Below are positions 1-11,200 of a stretch of DNA of 42,411 nucleotides, piece by piece; the first letter of the stretch is position 1; the number at the start of each line of letters is the position of its first letter. The notes beneath the pieces are model-generated. The model was not told where the DNA came from, searched no databases, and was given only the letters and a program-made list of their open reading frames with translations. The translations under genes and the position numbers were made by a program. Origin of the DNA: Jimgerdemannia flammicorona (lineage: Eukaryota); the NCBI GenBank assembly GCA_003990765.1, contig RBNJ01000090.1, positions 1 through 42,411 on the forward strand, given 5' to 3'.

Positions 1-125
1 CCCCCCCCTACCCCTTCCCTATGAAAGACCACTTTGTTGAACACTATCCCCACCCTCCCACCACTCTGCTCACAGATCCTTACCACCAAACCGTGATGTC
101 ATCCCCCCTGAGGACCCCAACCTGT
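1..125 (-). mobile_element. 5'-truncated LINE fragment (3' end of ORF2), runs off the window edge
   Basis: The reverse complement (ggttggggtcctcaggggg...gatctgtgagcagagtggtgggagggtgggg...tttcatagggaaggggtagg) aligns by eye to the LINE 3' end at 19074-19192. Confidence 0.85.
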
Positions 126-928
126 GTTAGGACTACTGATATAGTATAAAAACTATATATATATTTATTATATATTAGCTAATAAAAGAGCCTAGTGAAA
201 TATATATATATATATATATAAAGAAAGTACTAAGTTCTAATTATCTGTCATAGTGATATAGTCTAGGTATTAATTTCTAGTTCTTATAGTGATATCATTC
301 TTATATCTCAAGTTAATTAGACTCAGAATTATTAACAAGTTAGGTGTGAGGGTTCAATAATAAGAATACTGCTTTATACTTATATTTGAGAAAAGTAGAG
401 CTAAGATTATAATAAACTCAGTATAGAGAATATTTATACAGATTTGAAGTTATGATTAAATATAGTATACTGGGTATATTTATATATAATTATACTATAA
501 ATTTTTATATTTAATATTTAGTTTTTTTTTTTATTTTAATTATAATAGGTTTTATTCAAAATTTAAATAATATATATAATTGCTTTAATATAGATAATAT
601 TTACTATATCAGAAATAATATGTATCTGAACATATCATAATTATCTATTAGCTTTACAAAATACCATAATGTGGCTTATATCATCAATTATATTAATGAC
701 TTCGACGTCTTCGTTTCTGAAACGAACCCAGCTAAACGTCTGCCGTCGACAATCACTGCTCTGTCTACTTCTGCAAGGAGAGCTGGAAGGGAAATGACAA
801 ACAACAAAGGCAAAGGCGTAGAGAGAGTAGAGAGTTCAATTATCACAAGTAGCCAAGCGAGGAAACGATCACTGGCACACTCAGGCGATCCTAATGCAAG
901 AGCCCTTGCCGCTGCTGAAGAGATCGAG

Positions 929-1031
929 GTGCATTAATGCGTTATGTTATACGACATACTTGTTTTAAAATGTTATGAGTTAGTAACACTAATGACCTTT
1001 GCAAATGCAACGTTATGTCATTGCTTGGTAG
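929..1031 (+). other. Intron 1 of the CRN-like pseudogene (phase 0)
   Basis: GAG|gtgcat donor, ctaat branch-like motif near 989, ttggtag|ACT acceptor. The reading frame is preserved. Confidence 0.7.
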
Positions 1032-1118
1032 ACTTCCGGAAATGCCTCATTCTCACCCGCGGAAACATTCTCTTCCTCCTCTACTGCTGTCATCCCCAAT
1101 TTTCTCCAACTTAAAAAC

Positions 1119-1328
1119 GTCGAGGATTGGAACACGGTAGAAGTTTTCCAATTCCTGGATGAAAACATAAACCGCCAGTTCGGAGACTCACACGTTAAAG
1201 CCATTTATGACCAAGAAACTGCCGGGAGCGTTTTACCCGAGCTGAACTACACAAAACTTATTGAGCCGCCTTACAACCTAAAGGCAGGACCAGCAGCTGG
1301 CATTGTCTCATAAATTAGGGAGCTAAAG
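1119..1328 (+). other. SAM (sterile alpha motif) header domain, broken by TAA at 1311
   Basis: Translation VEDWNTVEVFQFLDENINRQFGDSHVKAIYDQETAGSVLPELNYTKLIEPPYNLKAGPAAGIVS*IRELK fits the SAM pattern W..e.V..fL...G..L..L....L......GP...I...I..Lk. It is absent from the ORF track. Confidence 0.75.
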
Positions 1329-1356
1329 GTTGCCAAGGGGCTCTTCAGTGACTCTG

Positions 1357-1413
1357 GTGAGTGTCGCGCAATATATACATCTACTTTTTGATCAATTAGT
1401 GAACAGCCTGCTG

Positions 1414-1449
<36 letters not shown>

Positions 1450-1816
1450 CATTTATACAAGCGGTGTGACAAAAAAACATATTTATACTCGTTTCCAAAC
1501 CACTCTCTTACACTCTCTTTCTCGTGTCCTCGTTCTCCATCACCGTCTGCAGCTCCCCGAGGTATACATCGTTTTGCCCTTTCATTTCGTTATCTCCTCG
1601 AATGTTGGGCGAGCGGCGTTTGTCTGCTCTCTAGCGTGGCTTACGTTTCCACAATGCTTCGTTTTGCTATTTTTCTTGATTTTTCATTGCTGGCTTTGAC
1701 GTTACCTTACACATTGTATTTTCGCGTTAGAGAACGTTTTGGTAACTCTTTCCAAATGCTATTAATTTCAAAGCTTACCAACCTACCTTTTGCTTGAACC
1801 TCATTCTCCTCAATAG
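1357..1816 (+). other. Intron 2 of the CRN-like pseudogene (phase 1)
   Basis: G|gtgagt donor and ctcctcaatag|AG acceptor rebuild a GAG codon that reads into EPLPKKARLDNG, in frame with ORF 1840-2931. Confidence 0.75.
1415..1449 (+). repeat. Poly(T) tract (35 nt) in intron 2
   Basis: Directly visible homopolymer. Confidence 0.95.
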
Positions 1817-3729
1817 AGCCTCTTCCCAAAAAGGCACGTTTGGATAATGGACTCACCCTGGAGGAGGCGGTTGAGGAAGCCAAGCTTACGAGTAAAGCCG
1901 AAGTGAACGGTTCTCTCAAGCTTTCCAGCCTCAACCTGAAGGAAAGAGTTACCCTACTTGGGTTTTTAGGTCGCAAGGTCCCAAATGCAAAACATTCGTT
2001 TAAGGTGCTGTTCAGAACTGCCTGCGATCTCCAAAACAAGAAGATTCGGAACATCATATCTGTACCCCAGAGCAGCGTTGGCCTTCCTGTGATCAATATG
2101 CCGAACCTATATATCAGAGAGTCTTACAGAAACCTTTATAAATATATTGGCCAAAAATTTACGGCTACGCCATCGTGGGGGACAACGAATTGCATCACCG
2201 TCACCGGCACATCTGGTATCGGCAAGTCGGCGTTTCTGGTATACTTTACCATCCGACTTCTCGCTGAGAGCAATGCCGACAACCCTCCAATCATCATTTT
2301 CCACGCTAAAGGTTCAGATTCAGAATGCTATGCCTTTGGAGGGAAAAAAACTTTTCATGCTGGAATTATTACTGATTTTGCACCCTTGATCAACCTTCCC
2401 GAAACATGGTACTTGGCGGACGGTATCCCGCATCCCCAGCTCCGCGTAGCCAAGACCATAATAGCGGTATCACCAGAAACTCTCGATTCTGGTGCCAACG
2501 GCTATAAAGAAGTTACCAAACGGATACCAATTATATATTACATGGAGCCCTGGATGCTGGATGAATTAGAATTGTGCCGGAGCAAAATCTTCACAGATGT
2601 GCCAAAAGACTTGATGGAGGAGCTTTACAATATAATAGGTGGTGTGGCGAGATATGTCCTGGAAGGTGCTGCAACTATATTAAGCCGAGATGCGAAGAAT
2701 AGGGTTGGTGTTGTGAAATACACATATTCTCATGTCAACAAAGCTATTAGCGAAATCAAGAAACCGTCGATGCTTCTGCAATGTGTCGCTCAGGTGAGAG
2801 AATCTTTAGAGTTCAGCAGCCATCTGGTCCACCATTGGCCTAATCCTCGCGATCACACGACGTATCGCCTCGAATGGGCGTCAAACCATATCCTAGAGGA
2901 AATCCGCAATCAGCTGGATACCCAGCCATGAGAGGAAGTATTGAAAGATCTCGTCAAAGCAGATAAAGATCACAGCCTCAGGGGACATTTGTTCGAAATG
3001 CACGTGATACATATCTTTCCGAAGGGTGGCTTTGTATTTGAAGTCAAGAAACTCAAAAATAAAACATCAAGTTGGCTCTAGATTCCAAACAATCCAAAAC
3101 ACGAATCCTTTCAAAAGCTGAATCTGTCCAAATACGACAAACAATGGGAAGCGGAAGAATAACAAGGAGAAAAGGATTTATCCGTCGAGAAATTACTCCT
3201 TCCAACCAATCTTAAACCACCCTTGCGTCGACCTAGTCCTAATACCAGACAACATGTTCCAAGTTACATTAGCTTCACATTACCCTCTCCAACAAATCCC
3301 TTTAAAAAATATTATGAATAAAATCCCGAAATTCGACAGAAAATCTCGGCTATACTTTATCTTACCGGCCAATGTCTATACGAATTTCCGGCTTCTAAAT
3401 TACTAAACCTAGGAAGGTACGGTCTCCGGGGCTGTGCCTAAGGTTAAAACGGATCGCGTTGAGCAATGGCCTCTGAAACTCGATCTTAATTCTGCAACAA
3501 TTGGTAAATCACCTGGTGTAGGAAATGGCAAGCCGTTTTGTAGGAGCACCCAAAAGCCGAAGTTATGTTATTCATATAATACACCTGCTGGCATTGATAA
3601 AACACTTGACTATGCTTTTAAATTGAGTATATCAGTTAATAGAAAGAAGCACTTATGTTTGCGAAATATAGTTTACTGTAGATTACTCAGCACTTTCAAT
3701 ATCTGTTATAGACATAACTGTAAGCAGGC

Positions 3730-3898
3730 ATCTTCCTTCATTACAATTCACTTTACATAAGCTTTTACAATACTTTTGACACTGCTGGGAGAAAGGCAAC
3801 TAGCAACATAATGACATACAAAAATTCTGATAAGTGTACTGGGTCAAGCAGGTCTGGGGCCTTCAGTTAGCAGTATATTGAGAGAGGATATGACATTG
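3730..3898 (+). mobile_element. Relic 5' end of a LINE of the same family, directly upstream of LINE-A
   Basis: acaatacttttgacactg...actagcaacata...gcagtatattgagagagg resembles the 5' ends of LINE-A (3938-4060) and LINE-C (36572-36682). Confidence 0.55.
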
Positions 3899-5183
3899 AG
3901 CCCTTTCTCTAGTATTACTCAGGTGACACAAACTTCTGACAACACTTTTGGCACAACTTTTGAAAAAAAGGTAATAGTAACATAAAAACCAATGATCATT
4001 CTAAGGTGTGTGTTAGGCAGAGTGACTCTAGTGTATTTGACTAGTAGTATGTTGGATAGAGTCATAGCTTGGGAGAGAGTCTGTTGAGCTCTCTTTTAGG
4101 TAGATATTGAGGGAGAAACAGTAGTGCTAGTGGGCAAGAGATGGGAAAGGTGAGCTTTGCTGATAAGCTCAAGGCTGAGCATACTTCAATAAGTCTGAAG
4201 AGTTGGCTGTAGAGAGACAAGGAGAAAGAGAAAGCAGCTGGGCCCAGGAGAGTGGCCCCAGGTAGTAGTAGTAGTGGGGCTGAGAGAGTAGCAGCTAATA
4301 GGGGAGAGAAGAACTGCTGATAGAGGGGAAACTACTAATCTGACAAAAAATCCAGATATGATGACTAATGCTAGAACTAGGCAGAGGGGAGACACAAGGT
4401 CTAGGGATCTGGATAATGGTGTAACAGGTCTGATGGTGATACTATTACTCAAGAAATCAATGTCCAAATTCACTATCACATTGTACTTCCAGGGCTTAGT
4501 AGTTATAGCAAAAATAGTTCATGGACTTTGAGCCCAGAAGGTGAAAGAAGTAGAGGTGGGCTTTGAGGAAAAGGATTTGATATTTTGAATATTGGAGAAA
4601 AGAGTAGTAGTGGAAAGAGTAGTGATCTCCATGGCTCAATGTTTGCACTTGGACCTCTGGGTAGAATAGCTGGTATGGTAAATATATCTATAGTAAAGAA
4701 GAATATAGATAGGGGACAGATTGTTGATATTATCAAGAAGTATAGAGATATAGTAGATATTTGATTCTAGATCTAAAAAGATATAGAGTTCAGGACTGAA
4801 AATGTGGATGTCAAGATAAGGTTGACAGACAAGGAGAATACTGAGAAAGAAAGGGATTAGCCAGTAGTGCTTAATTGGAGAACAGTAGAGTATAATGCCT
4901 TGAGAGTGAAGAGAATGATAGAGGAGGTAAAAAACTTGCTAGAGGTATTAAAAGATCTGGCTAAAACAGTAGAAAAGAGATAGTTGGTCTGGAAGAAGTT
5001 CCCAACTACATAAGACAGTGGTAGAGATTATAAATAGTAAGAAAGTGAGACTAAATTGGACTACCTGAGAGAGAGTACAAGGGAGGTAGCATTAGAAAGA
5101 TTTTTGGGTAAATCTGGGAGAAAGGGCAGAGGGGGAGAATACTACTGAAAGATTTAGATTAAGAATGAGTGCTTGAGTAAAGG
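3899..5183 (+). mobile_element. LINE-A segment 1 (5' end and N-terminal ORF1)
   Basis: The 5' end matches the reverse complement of 30294 downward. ORF1 sequence (aaaaaatccagat, LLKKS.S.FT.TL.F.GL) is shared with 36885-37565 and 29329-29862. Confidence 0.85.
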
Positions 5184-5199
5184 TAGTGCTCTGAATAAG

Positions 5200-5560
5200 T
5201 CAATTTGAATCAAATCCCAATTCAATTCATCACATGACAGTTTGATCTGAATCTCAAATCCAAAGCCATCCAAATCAACTTGGATTAATCTGGATCACTC
5301 TATCTGAATTGTCCCATCTAAATCACTCATCTGAATTACCTCATCTGAACTATCCTATCCAAACCACTCAATCTGAATTACTCAATCTGAATCACTCAAT
5401 CCAAATCACTCAATCCAAATCACTCAATCCAAATCACTCAATCTGAATTACTCAATCTGAAACCTTCAATTCAAATCCTCTAATTCAAATTCTCTAATTC
5501 AAATTCTCTAATTCAAATCCTCATCTGAATCCTACAACCAAATTCTCTAATTAAATCCTC
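5200..5560 (+). repeat. Left subterminal repeats of hAT-1 (about 14-bp unit aatcactcaatc(c/t)(a/g))
   Basis: Tandem aaatcactcaatcc / gaattactcaatct units. Related atccagat/atctggat motifs occur at the right end (11428-11572). Confidence 0.9.
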
Positions 5561-5647
5561 CACATAACTCATATACTAGATATATCTATATATATAATAT
5601 ACATACATGTAAATATATACTTGTATATGCAAACATGCAAATACACA

Positions 5648-8100
5648 TATCAACAGATCAGTCTTCAACAGTTCACAGTACTGATGATGCTTTAAGTCAA
5701 ACATACCTGATAGTTCCACACCTTCCATATAATCCTTGCTCTGAAATCTGAAAACATTATGCTAAGATAGGATATGATGTTGTTTGTAATTATTGTAGGT
5801 AAAAAGTTAAGATACTTCTATTGATATAACTGATACTTTTGTTTGACACACACATGATACTGTTTCATCTACCTACATAAACTGTACCAGCCAGAAGTTC
5901 AAAATACTTAGTAGTATGACTTTGAATATATATTGATACATAAAAGACAAGTACTCTAACAAAATCAAAAAGAATCCAGAGATAAATAAAATTGACATCC
6001 AAGCTATAGTGGGTACATTTATCTGATTGCCTGACCATTTCTATACTAATAACCTCATTTAATCAAAAATATTTAGCCATACTCTTCAGCAAATTTCGAA
6101 ATCAGCTCATTTGCTGAATTGTATATACAGATCAGCCATTCACAACCATCAAGAGTAATTAATTGCATAGTATCTTTGGCCTTCTTAAGTATGATTTATA
6201 TTTTCCAAGTGCTGATACTATTCACAAAGATGTCCTGGAGGCCTATAGAAAGGAGCACAGCAATCTCCACTAGATACTTCAGATAAAATAAGAGTGGGAC
6301 TATGATCTTTGTAAGCTGAATTATATATATATTTTTATAAAGAGCTCACCAATTTAACCTCACATTCAATAAGCAGAATTCAGCAGGCAAAATTTCATTT
6401 ACAATTGACACATGGATATCTCTCAATGAATCATTTCTGGGCATTATCAGTCATTGAATTGATCTTAATTGGTGGCTTAAATCTCTCACCCTTGACTTCA
6501 TCAAACTTGCTGGCCCTCATTCTGAAGACAATATTGTAGATGCTTTTATTAGTTATATCTGGGAGCTTGGGATTACAACCAAGGTACAAAAGAGGGGCTT
6601 GCCATCAGGTTGGCATTTTGAAGGAAGTCCTAAATAAAACAGATTTTATTGGTTATTTATTTTTATATAAATTTACTGACTGAATATTTCAAGTATAGAT
6701 TTTGACCATTATGATGGACAATACCACAAACAACTCAACATTTGTCCAAGTTTTAGTGGTCAGCCTCAAACAGGAAAATGTAGCCTTCAGTACAGAAAGC
6801 TGCTATATATAATGTCAGGCCCATGTACTGAACCTTGCTGTTCAGTACAAATATTATACATGTAGACAAAACATCCAAGAGAAGAGGGGCTCTGAGTATA
6901 ATTTCCAAGCTGTGCAAACTAGTCATTTTAGTCTGATCATCCTCACACCAACAAGAAAAATTCACTACATAGTATAGGGCAATCAGTTTAGTCCCAAAAG
7001 AGCTTATATTGGACCTCTGTATGTATTGGAACTCAACAATTACAATGATCCAGCACATGCTGGAGTTTGCTATAGTATGAATCATTTTTTCTTCAGTCAG
7101 CTACAGTAACTTGTTTTGGATAATTGAAGATTTTTTTTTTTAAAAAAAAAAAACAAAAAAAGCCAATAGATTCAACAGTAGCTGCTGACAAGAAAATACA
7201 GAGTGAGGCTCTAGGTGAAAGCAATTGGTTGTCAGAGTTTTGGAAGTAAGTGGTGATTACTCTGGCTCTACATTTATTTTGTCTGCCTCTACACAATGCA
7301 ATACCTCACCACATATAACTGCTGGTGTTTTAACAATTATACAAAAGATATAGTCAAACAAATGACCCTGACAATAAGCTCTGCAATACCAGTATACAAC
7401 CTTCTGATTGACCAGCTAAAGGATAAGCTCAAGGATAGGCTAGAGGGTTGTAGTGATTTATAGTTAAGCTTGGATCAGAGAGATGTCATGGATGTTGCTC
7501 TAAGCAAACTCAGAAAATACTACTCCAAAACAGATACTGCTATATACTCAATCAGTACAGGTATGTTGGTATGTAGCCATTGCCTCTTCCAAAACAGAGA
7601 AACTCCTACAAAAACTCTCTCTCTTTTCTCTAAACAGTACTGGACCCATGCTTAAAGCTACAATACTATATAAATATATCAAGAGATCCCTCCTGTTTCA
7701 CATTTACTTCAGCAGAAAGTAGAAGAGAGAGCCATTAGTGGAAGAGCTGCCATCAATAGACAAACTTATCATTTATCTCACCAGTGACTACATGATCCTG
7801 CTGAAGGGTGTGGAGGTGCTTAACTAGTAGAAGGTGAGTTGTCAGGCAGGCATTGGGCCAATTTAACCCACCAATCTAACCACTTCTCTACCAACTAGAG
7901 TGTGCAGCTATATTAAATGGACTTCCCCAGCCTGTATAGTATGGCTTGGGACTATCTGGTGATTTCTATCTCCAGCACTCCCATTGAGTGGGTGTTCTCA
8001 GATAGGGTAAACCTCCTTACCCCAAAGAGATGTATACTGAATACTGAGACAATCTGGGCATATATATGTCTGAAGTCTTAGTGGGGCTCAGGTCACTAAA
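5648..8100 (+). pseudogene. Intron-containing hAT transposase pseudogene (BED finger, DDE core, dimerization domain)
   Basis: SEI*KHY...VVCNYC (BED); GKISFTIDTW, FLGIISH*ID, LDFIKLAGPHS; ILTIMMDN; AHVLNLAVQ; YWNST; VLDPCLK; DFPSLYSMAWDYLVI.ISSTPIEWVFS...ICLKS. Many stops. Confidence 0.9.
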
Positions 8101-8224
8101 ATTCAGTAGATTCTGGGGGTTTATGGATAAGTTGGTTGGTATGTGGAATATTTAATACCTTTCAAAAATAAAAGGAAAAAAAACCTGAGGACTCAGCTTA
8201 GAGTTTACAGTCCAAGTAGGGCAG

Positions 8225-8765
8225 TAGTCAGTGGAGTTGGCAGTGGCAGAGAGAGCATACAAAATTTGTCACCCTCTGCCAGCAGCAAGAGACAGCCCCA
8301 GGCTATCAGTGGGCAGGTCAGTAGGCATGGTGTCAGCAGAGAGAGTGTGCAAAATTTGCAGCCCTCTGCCAGTAACAAGAAGCAGCCCTAAGCTACAAGT
8401 GTCTAGAATGAGGGAGTTGGCAGAGAGGGGGGGGGTAGAGGGAGTGTGTAAAATTTATAGCCCTCCACCAGCAGCAAGAGATAGCCCCAAGCTGTCAGTG
8501 CCTAGGTCAGTGGGTGGGGTTGGTTGGCAGGGTCAGTGGGTGTGGAGTTGGCAGAGAGAGTGTGCAAAATTTACAGCTCTCTGCCAGCAGCAAGAGGTAG
8601 CCCCAAGCCACAAGTGTCTGGGATGGGCAGGGCAGGTGGAGAGAGTGTACAAAATTTGTAGTATCAGCAGTATAGAGCTCCCTCCAGCAGCCTGTATCTG
8701 GACCAGGGGTTGGCAGGGTTGGTGGAGAGAGTGTACAAAATTTGTAACCCTCTACCAGTAGCATA
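8225..8765 (+). repeat. Degenerate tandem array (units ~80-115 bp) with core gagagtgt(g/a)caaaattt...ccctctgccagcagcaaga
   Basis: The core recurs near 8250, 8341, 8441, 8556, 8641 and 8726. Confidence 0.85.
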
Positions 8766-8796
8766 GAGGCAGCCTCAAGCTGCCAAGGAGTCTGCA

Positions 8797-8893
8797 AGAG
8801 TACTTCTGGTGGTCAGAGGGTACTTCTGGCAGTTAGAGGGTACTTCTGGCAGTTGGAGGGCATTTCCAGTGGTTGGAGGGTACTTCTGGCAGT
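8797..8893 (+). repeat. Minisatellite, about 20-bp unit gagggtacttctggcagttg
   Basis: About five adjacent copies are visible. Confidence 0.9.
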
Positions 8894-9085
8894 CAAAGTC
8901 CACCACAGATTTGGGCCTCATTGCCAGTTTGGATCCCATGAGCACTCTGGCCCTGCACTGCAATACTATATTGGCAGCACTACAAGAGCAGGACCAAGGG
9001 GCTGGTAGGGCCCAGCATAATGGCTAAACTAGTGCTATAGAAGAGACACCCAGCTACTAGCCCAATCTGCACAAAATGACTGCTG

Positions 9086-9183
9086 AACCCTCATGAAAGA
9101 CTGTCTAACCCTAATGAAAGATTACCTAACCCTCACAAAAGATTGCCTAATCCTCACAAAAGATTGCCTAACCCTCATGAAAT
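9086..9183 (+). repeat. Minisatellite, 21-bp unit aaccctcacaaaagattgcct
   Basis: About five adjacent degenerate copies. Confidence 0.9.
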
Positions 9184-9189
9184 CTGCTC

Positions 9190-11200
9190 CATGTGCTGGT
9201 CTCAGGCCTTGATGAGCCTGTTATCTGTTATGAGTGTGATGACTATTGTGTCTGAGCTCTCCTTAAAGATGATGGTGTCATAGTGGTTATATGGTTAGAA
9301 TAGGGTGACCATGTTGGCTGCAAATGGGACCTCGAAACCATAGGTAAGGTTGTCCAGACTCTGCCACTATCCTTCCAGATTGGGCCCTTCTTTTCTAGGA
9401 TATAGAACCTTACTGGGGTGATATTGTTGTCTGTGGATGTAGGTAGAGAAATATTACACCTGACATATTCTGATGTAACACAAGCATACAGTTGGGTGAA
9501 CTCTTGGCCCAGGACCTTATACTGCCAGGCTGTGTTGGTAGATACCTATCCTTGGTCTAGCCCTGAGAGCCCCAGCTTGGAAATCTGCCAGATGGATGGC
9601 ATCTGGTTAGTTCTTTTTTTGTGTGGAGGGGCAGAAATCCCCCAGGCCACAGAAATCCCATGGGCTGCAGCACCCAAAAAAAGTGGAGCTCCTCACCTCA
9701 TACAGTATACTAAATTGTACAAAGAAGAAATATACAGCTACACTGAGATCACTACCAAGCTGACCTGCCATATACTCTAACAATCTGCACAAAGAACTCC
9801 AGATCATAGCTGCCATTGCTACACAGGCTGTGTCATGCTCATTCATAGTTTGCTCTTCAATGGTACTTCTAAATTTTCAGGAGGGGTACAGAATCTTGTA
9901 CATCTCTGGAATTGAATCAAAAAGTGTATGTCAGTAGAGAGTGTGATTATCTGGAGAGGAGTAAAAAAAAGGGAGATGAGTATGGGGGATTTCGGATCTC
10001 CAGAACCTATCTTTCACTAGTGTTGCAGTATATCCAATTCCCATCCAAACCCCCCTTCCTTGCTTATTTTGCCCACTCTTTTCTGCCACTAAGTATTTGA
10101 TACAATCCTCACAAACCTCATTGATGTGGTAGCAAAGCTCATTACCATAGAGGTTCCTTACCACCATCACAACCACCTCTCTGTATTCATTAATAATGAT
10201 AAAGTTCTCTTTGTCATTAGTTACTCCTACTGGCCAATAGATCCCCTGGTCGAAAATGATTGACTCTGATTTGAATGTAGAGCCCCAAGCCTTGATGATG
10301 ATGCTGGTATTACTCATGCTGAACATCTTACCCTTGAATTTCTCTATTTGATCAGATGCTGGACATGGTTGAACTCCAATAACTTTGAACTCTTCTTTTC
10401 AATGGAACTGAGCCCTGATCTCAGGAGCCAAGATAAGTATGCAGATGGGTTACATACAGATGGGTTGTGTGTCGATAGGTTGTATGTAGATGGGTTGCAT
10501 GTGGGCAGATTGTGTGCAGACAGGTTGCATGCAAGTATGGGTGTTTTTTAGGGAGAGATCATATAAAAAATGAAGTTAAATAAAACACAGAGATGGATAT
10601 TTCAGAAAAAGAGCATGAGTGAGTGAGTGAGTTAGTTGCATACTGACAAGTTGCATGCCGATGAGTTGTACAAGTTACACAAGTTATATAAGATTGCTCA
10701 TGAAGGCTTGCTTCTATTCCTTTTAAGACCTCTGCCACTCGATGCATTAACTCAACAGCTCAGCCACCAAAGACATGCCCTGCAATATCTATCAGCCTTT
10801 CTTCATCTTGATCAGATATTGCAAATAAAGTTGGCAGATCTTGCTGTAGAGCTGTAGACCCTAAGAAAAGCATGAGGTAAATTGAGTCATACTGGGAAAA
10901 TTTAAATAAATACAAGTAAACAAGTTGTAGCAGAGTGAGTATCCTATATCTACTATCAGCTGCTCCAAAAAGGCTACTGTGTACATAGCTGTGAGGTCTG
11001 TGAATTCCAAGGTCTAGTGGGCCACTGTAAGTTGTTGCCAGAATTCTCCCTCATCTCTGCCATTGCTACCACCATCACCATCACCACTACCATCATCACT
11101 GCTGTCACCCCTTTGGCTCTCAATGAGTAGCTTGTGTACTGCCCATATGAGAAAGAATCTAACATTATCAGCAGAGAGTATATTTTTACCTCAAATACTC
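9190..11200 (-). pseudogene. Multi-exon passenger pseudogene inside hAT-1, convergent with the transposase; tentatively a TET/JBP-like 2OG-Fe(II) dioxygenase
   Basis: Coding-like minus-strand segments are separated by introns (e.g. GAG|gtgagg...ctaac...cag|ATT, 9696-9585, phase 0). Motif order: IIINEYREVVVMVVRN, GRGVWMGIGY, YKVLGQEFTQLYAC, (H)..DNN, LDNLTYGFEVPFAANMVTLF*PYNHY, IVITLITDNRLIKA*. The presence of a gene is fairly secure; the family call is weak. Confidence 0.5.

Larger units (their letters stand above)
794..3560 (+). pseudogene. Crinkler/RHS-type (CRN-like) effector pseudogene: SAM header + P-loop NTPase + REase-like domain; exons ~794-928, 1032-1356, 1817-~3560
   Basis: Phase-consistent GT-AG introns join the exons. 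Walker A ITVTGTSGIGKS, Walker B-like TWYLADG, YYMEPWMLDELELC and IIGGVARY are present. Past the TGA at 2929 the frame continues as RGHLFEMHV...PCVDL...MFQVT...LYFILP...VEQWPLKL. In-frame stops at 1311, 2929, 3079 and 3160, plus a frameshift near 3212. The start and 3' end are approximate. Confidence 0.85.

Noticed and set aside
124-337. Possible solo LTR (tgttag...ttaaca) in AT-rich relic DNA
   Set aside because: There is no partner copy, TSD or internal domain in the window, and the sequence is too degraded to support a call.
1415-1790. Antisense retrocopy ending in poly(A)
   Set aside because: No TSD, no LINE 3' motif (actat before the tail) and no recognisable coding content.
1330-1797. 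155-aa hydrophobic ORF and overlapping ORFs
   Set aside because: They lie within intron 2 of the CRN-like gene. The poly-Phe/poly-Lys runs are translations of the T tract.
3434-3760. Independent 108-aa CDS
   Set aside because: Its first ~20 codons are the tail of the frameshifted CRN REase-like domain, and the rest runs into AT-rich non-coding and LINE relic sequence.
8225-8893. CRISPR-like repeat-spacer array
   Set aside because: The repeats are degenerate, the intervening sequences resemble one another and vary in length, there are no cas genes, and the context is a eukaryotic transposon.
8231-9027. ORFs 8231-8761 and 8809-9027 as real repeat proteins
   Set aside because: They are translations of tandem arrays with non-ATG starts, no recognisable domain and no consistent frame between units.
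9086-9183. Telomere-like TAACCC motifs
   Set aside because: They are part of a 21-bp minisatellite unit, not contiguous (TAACCC)n.
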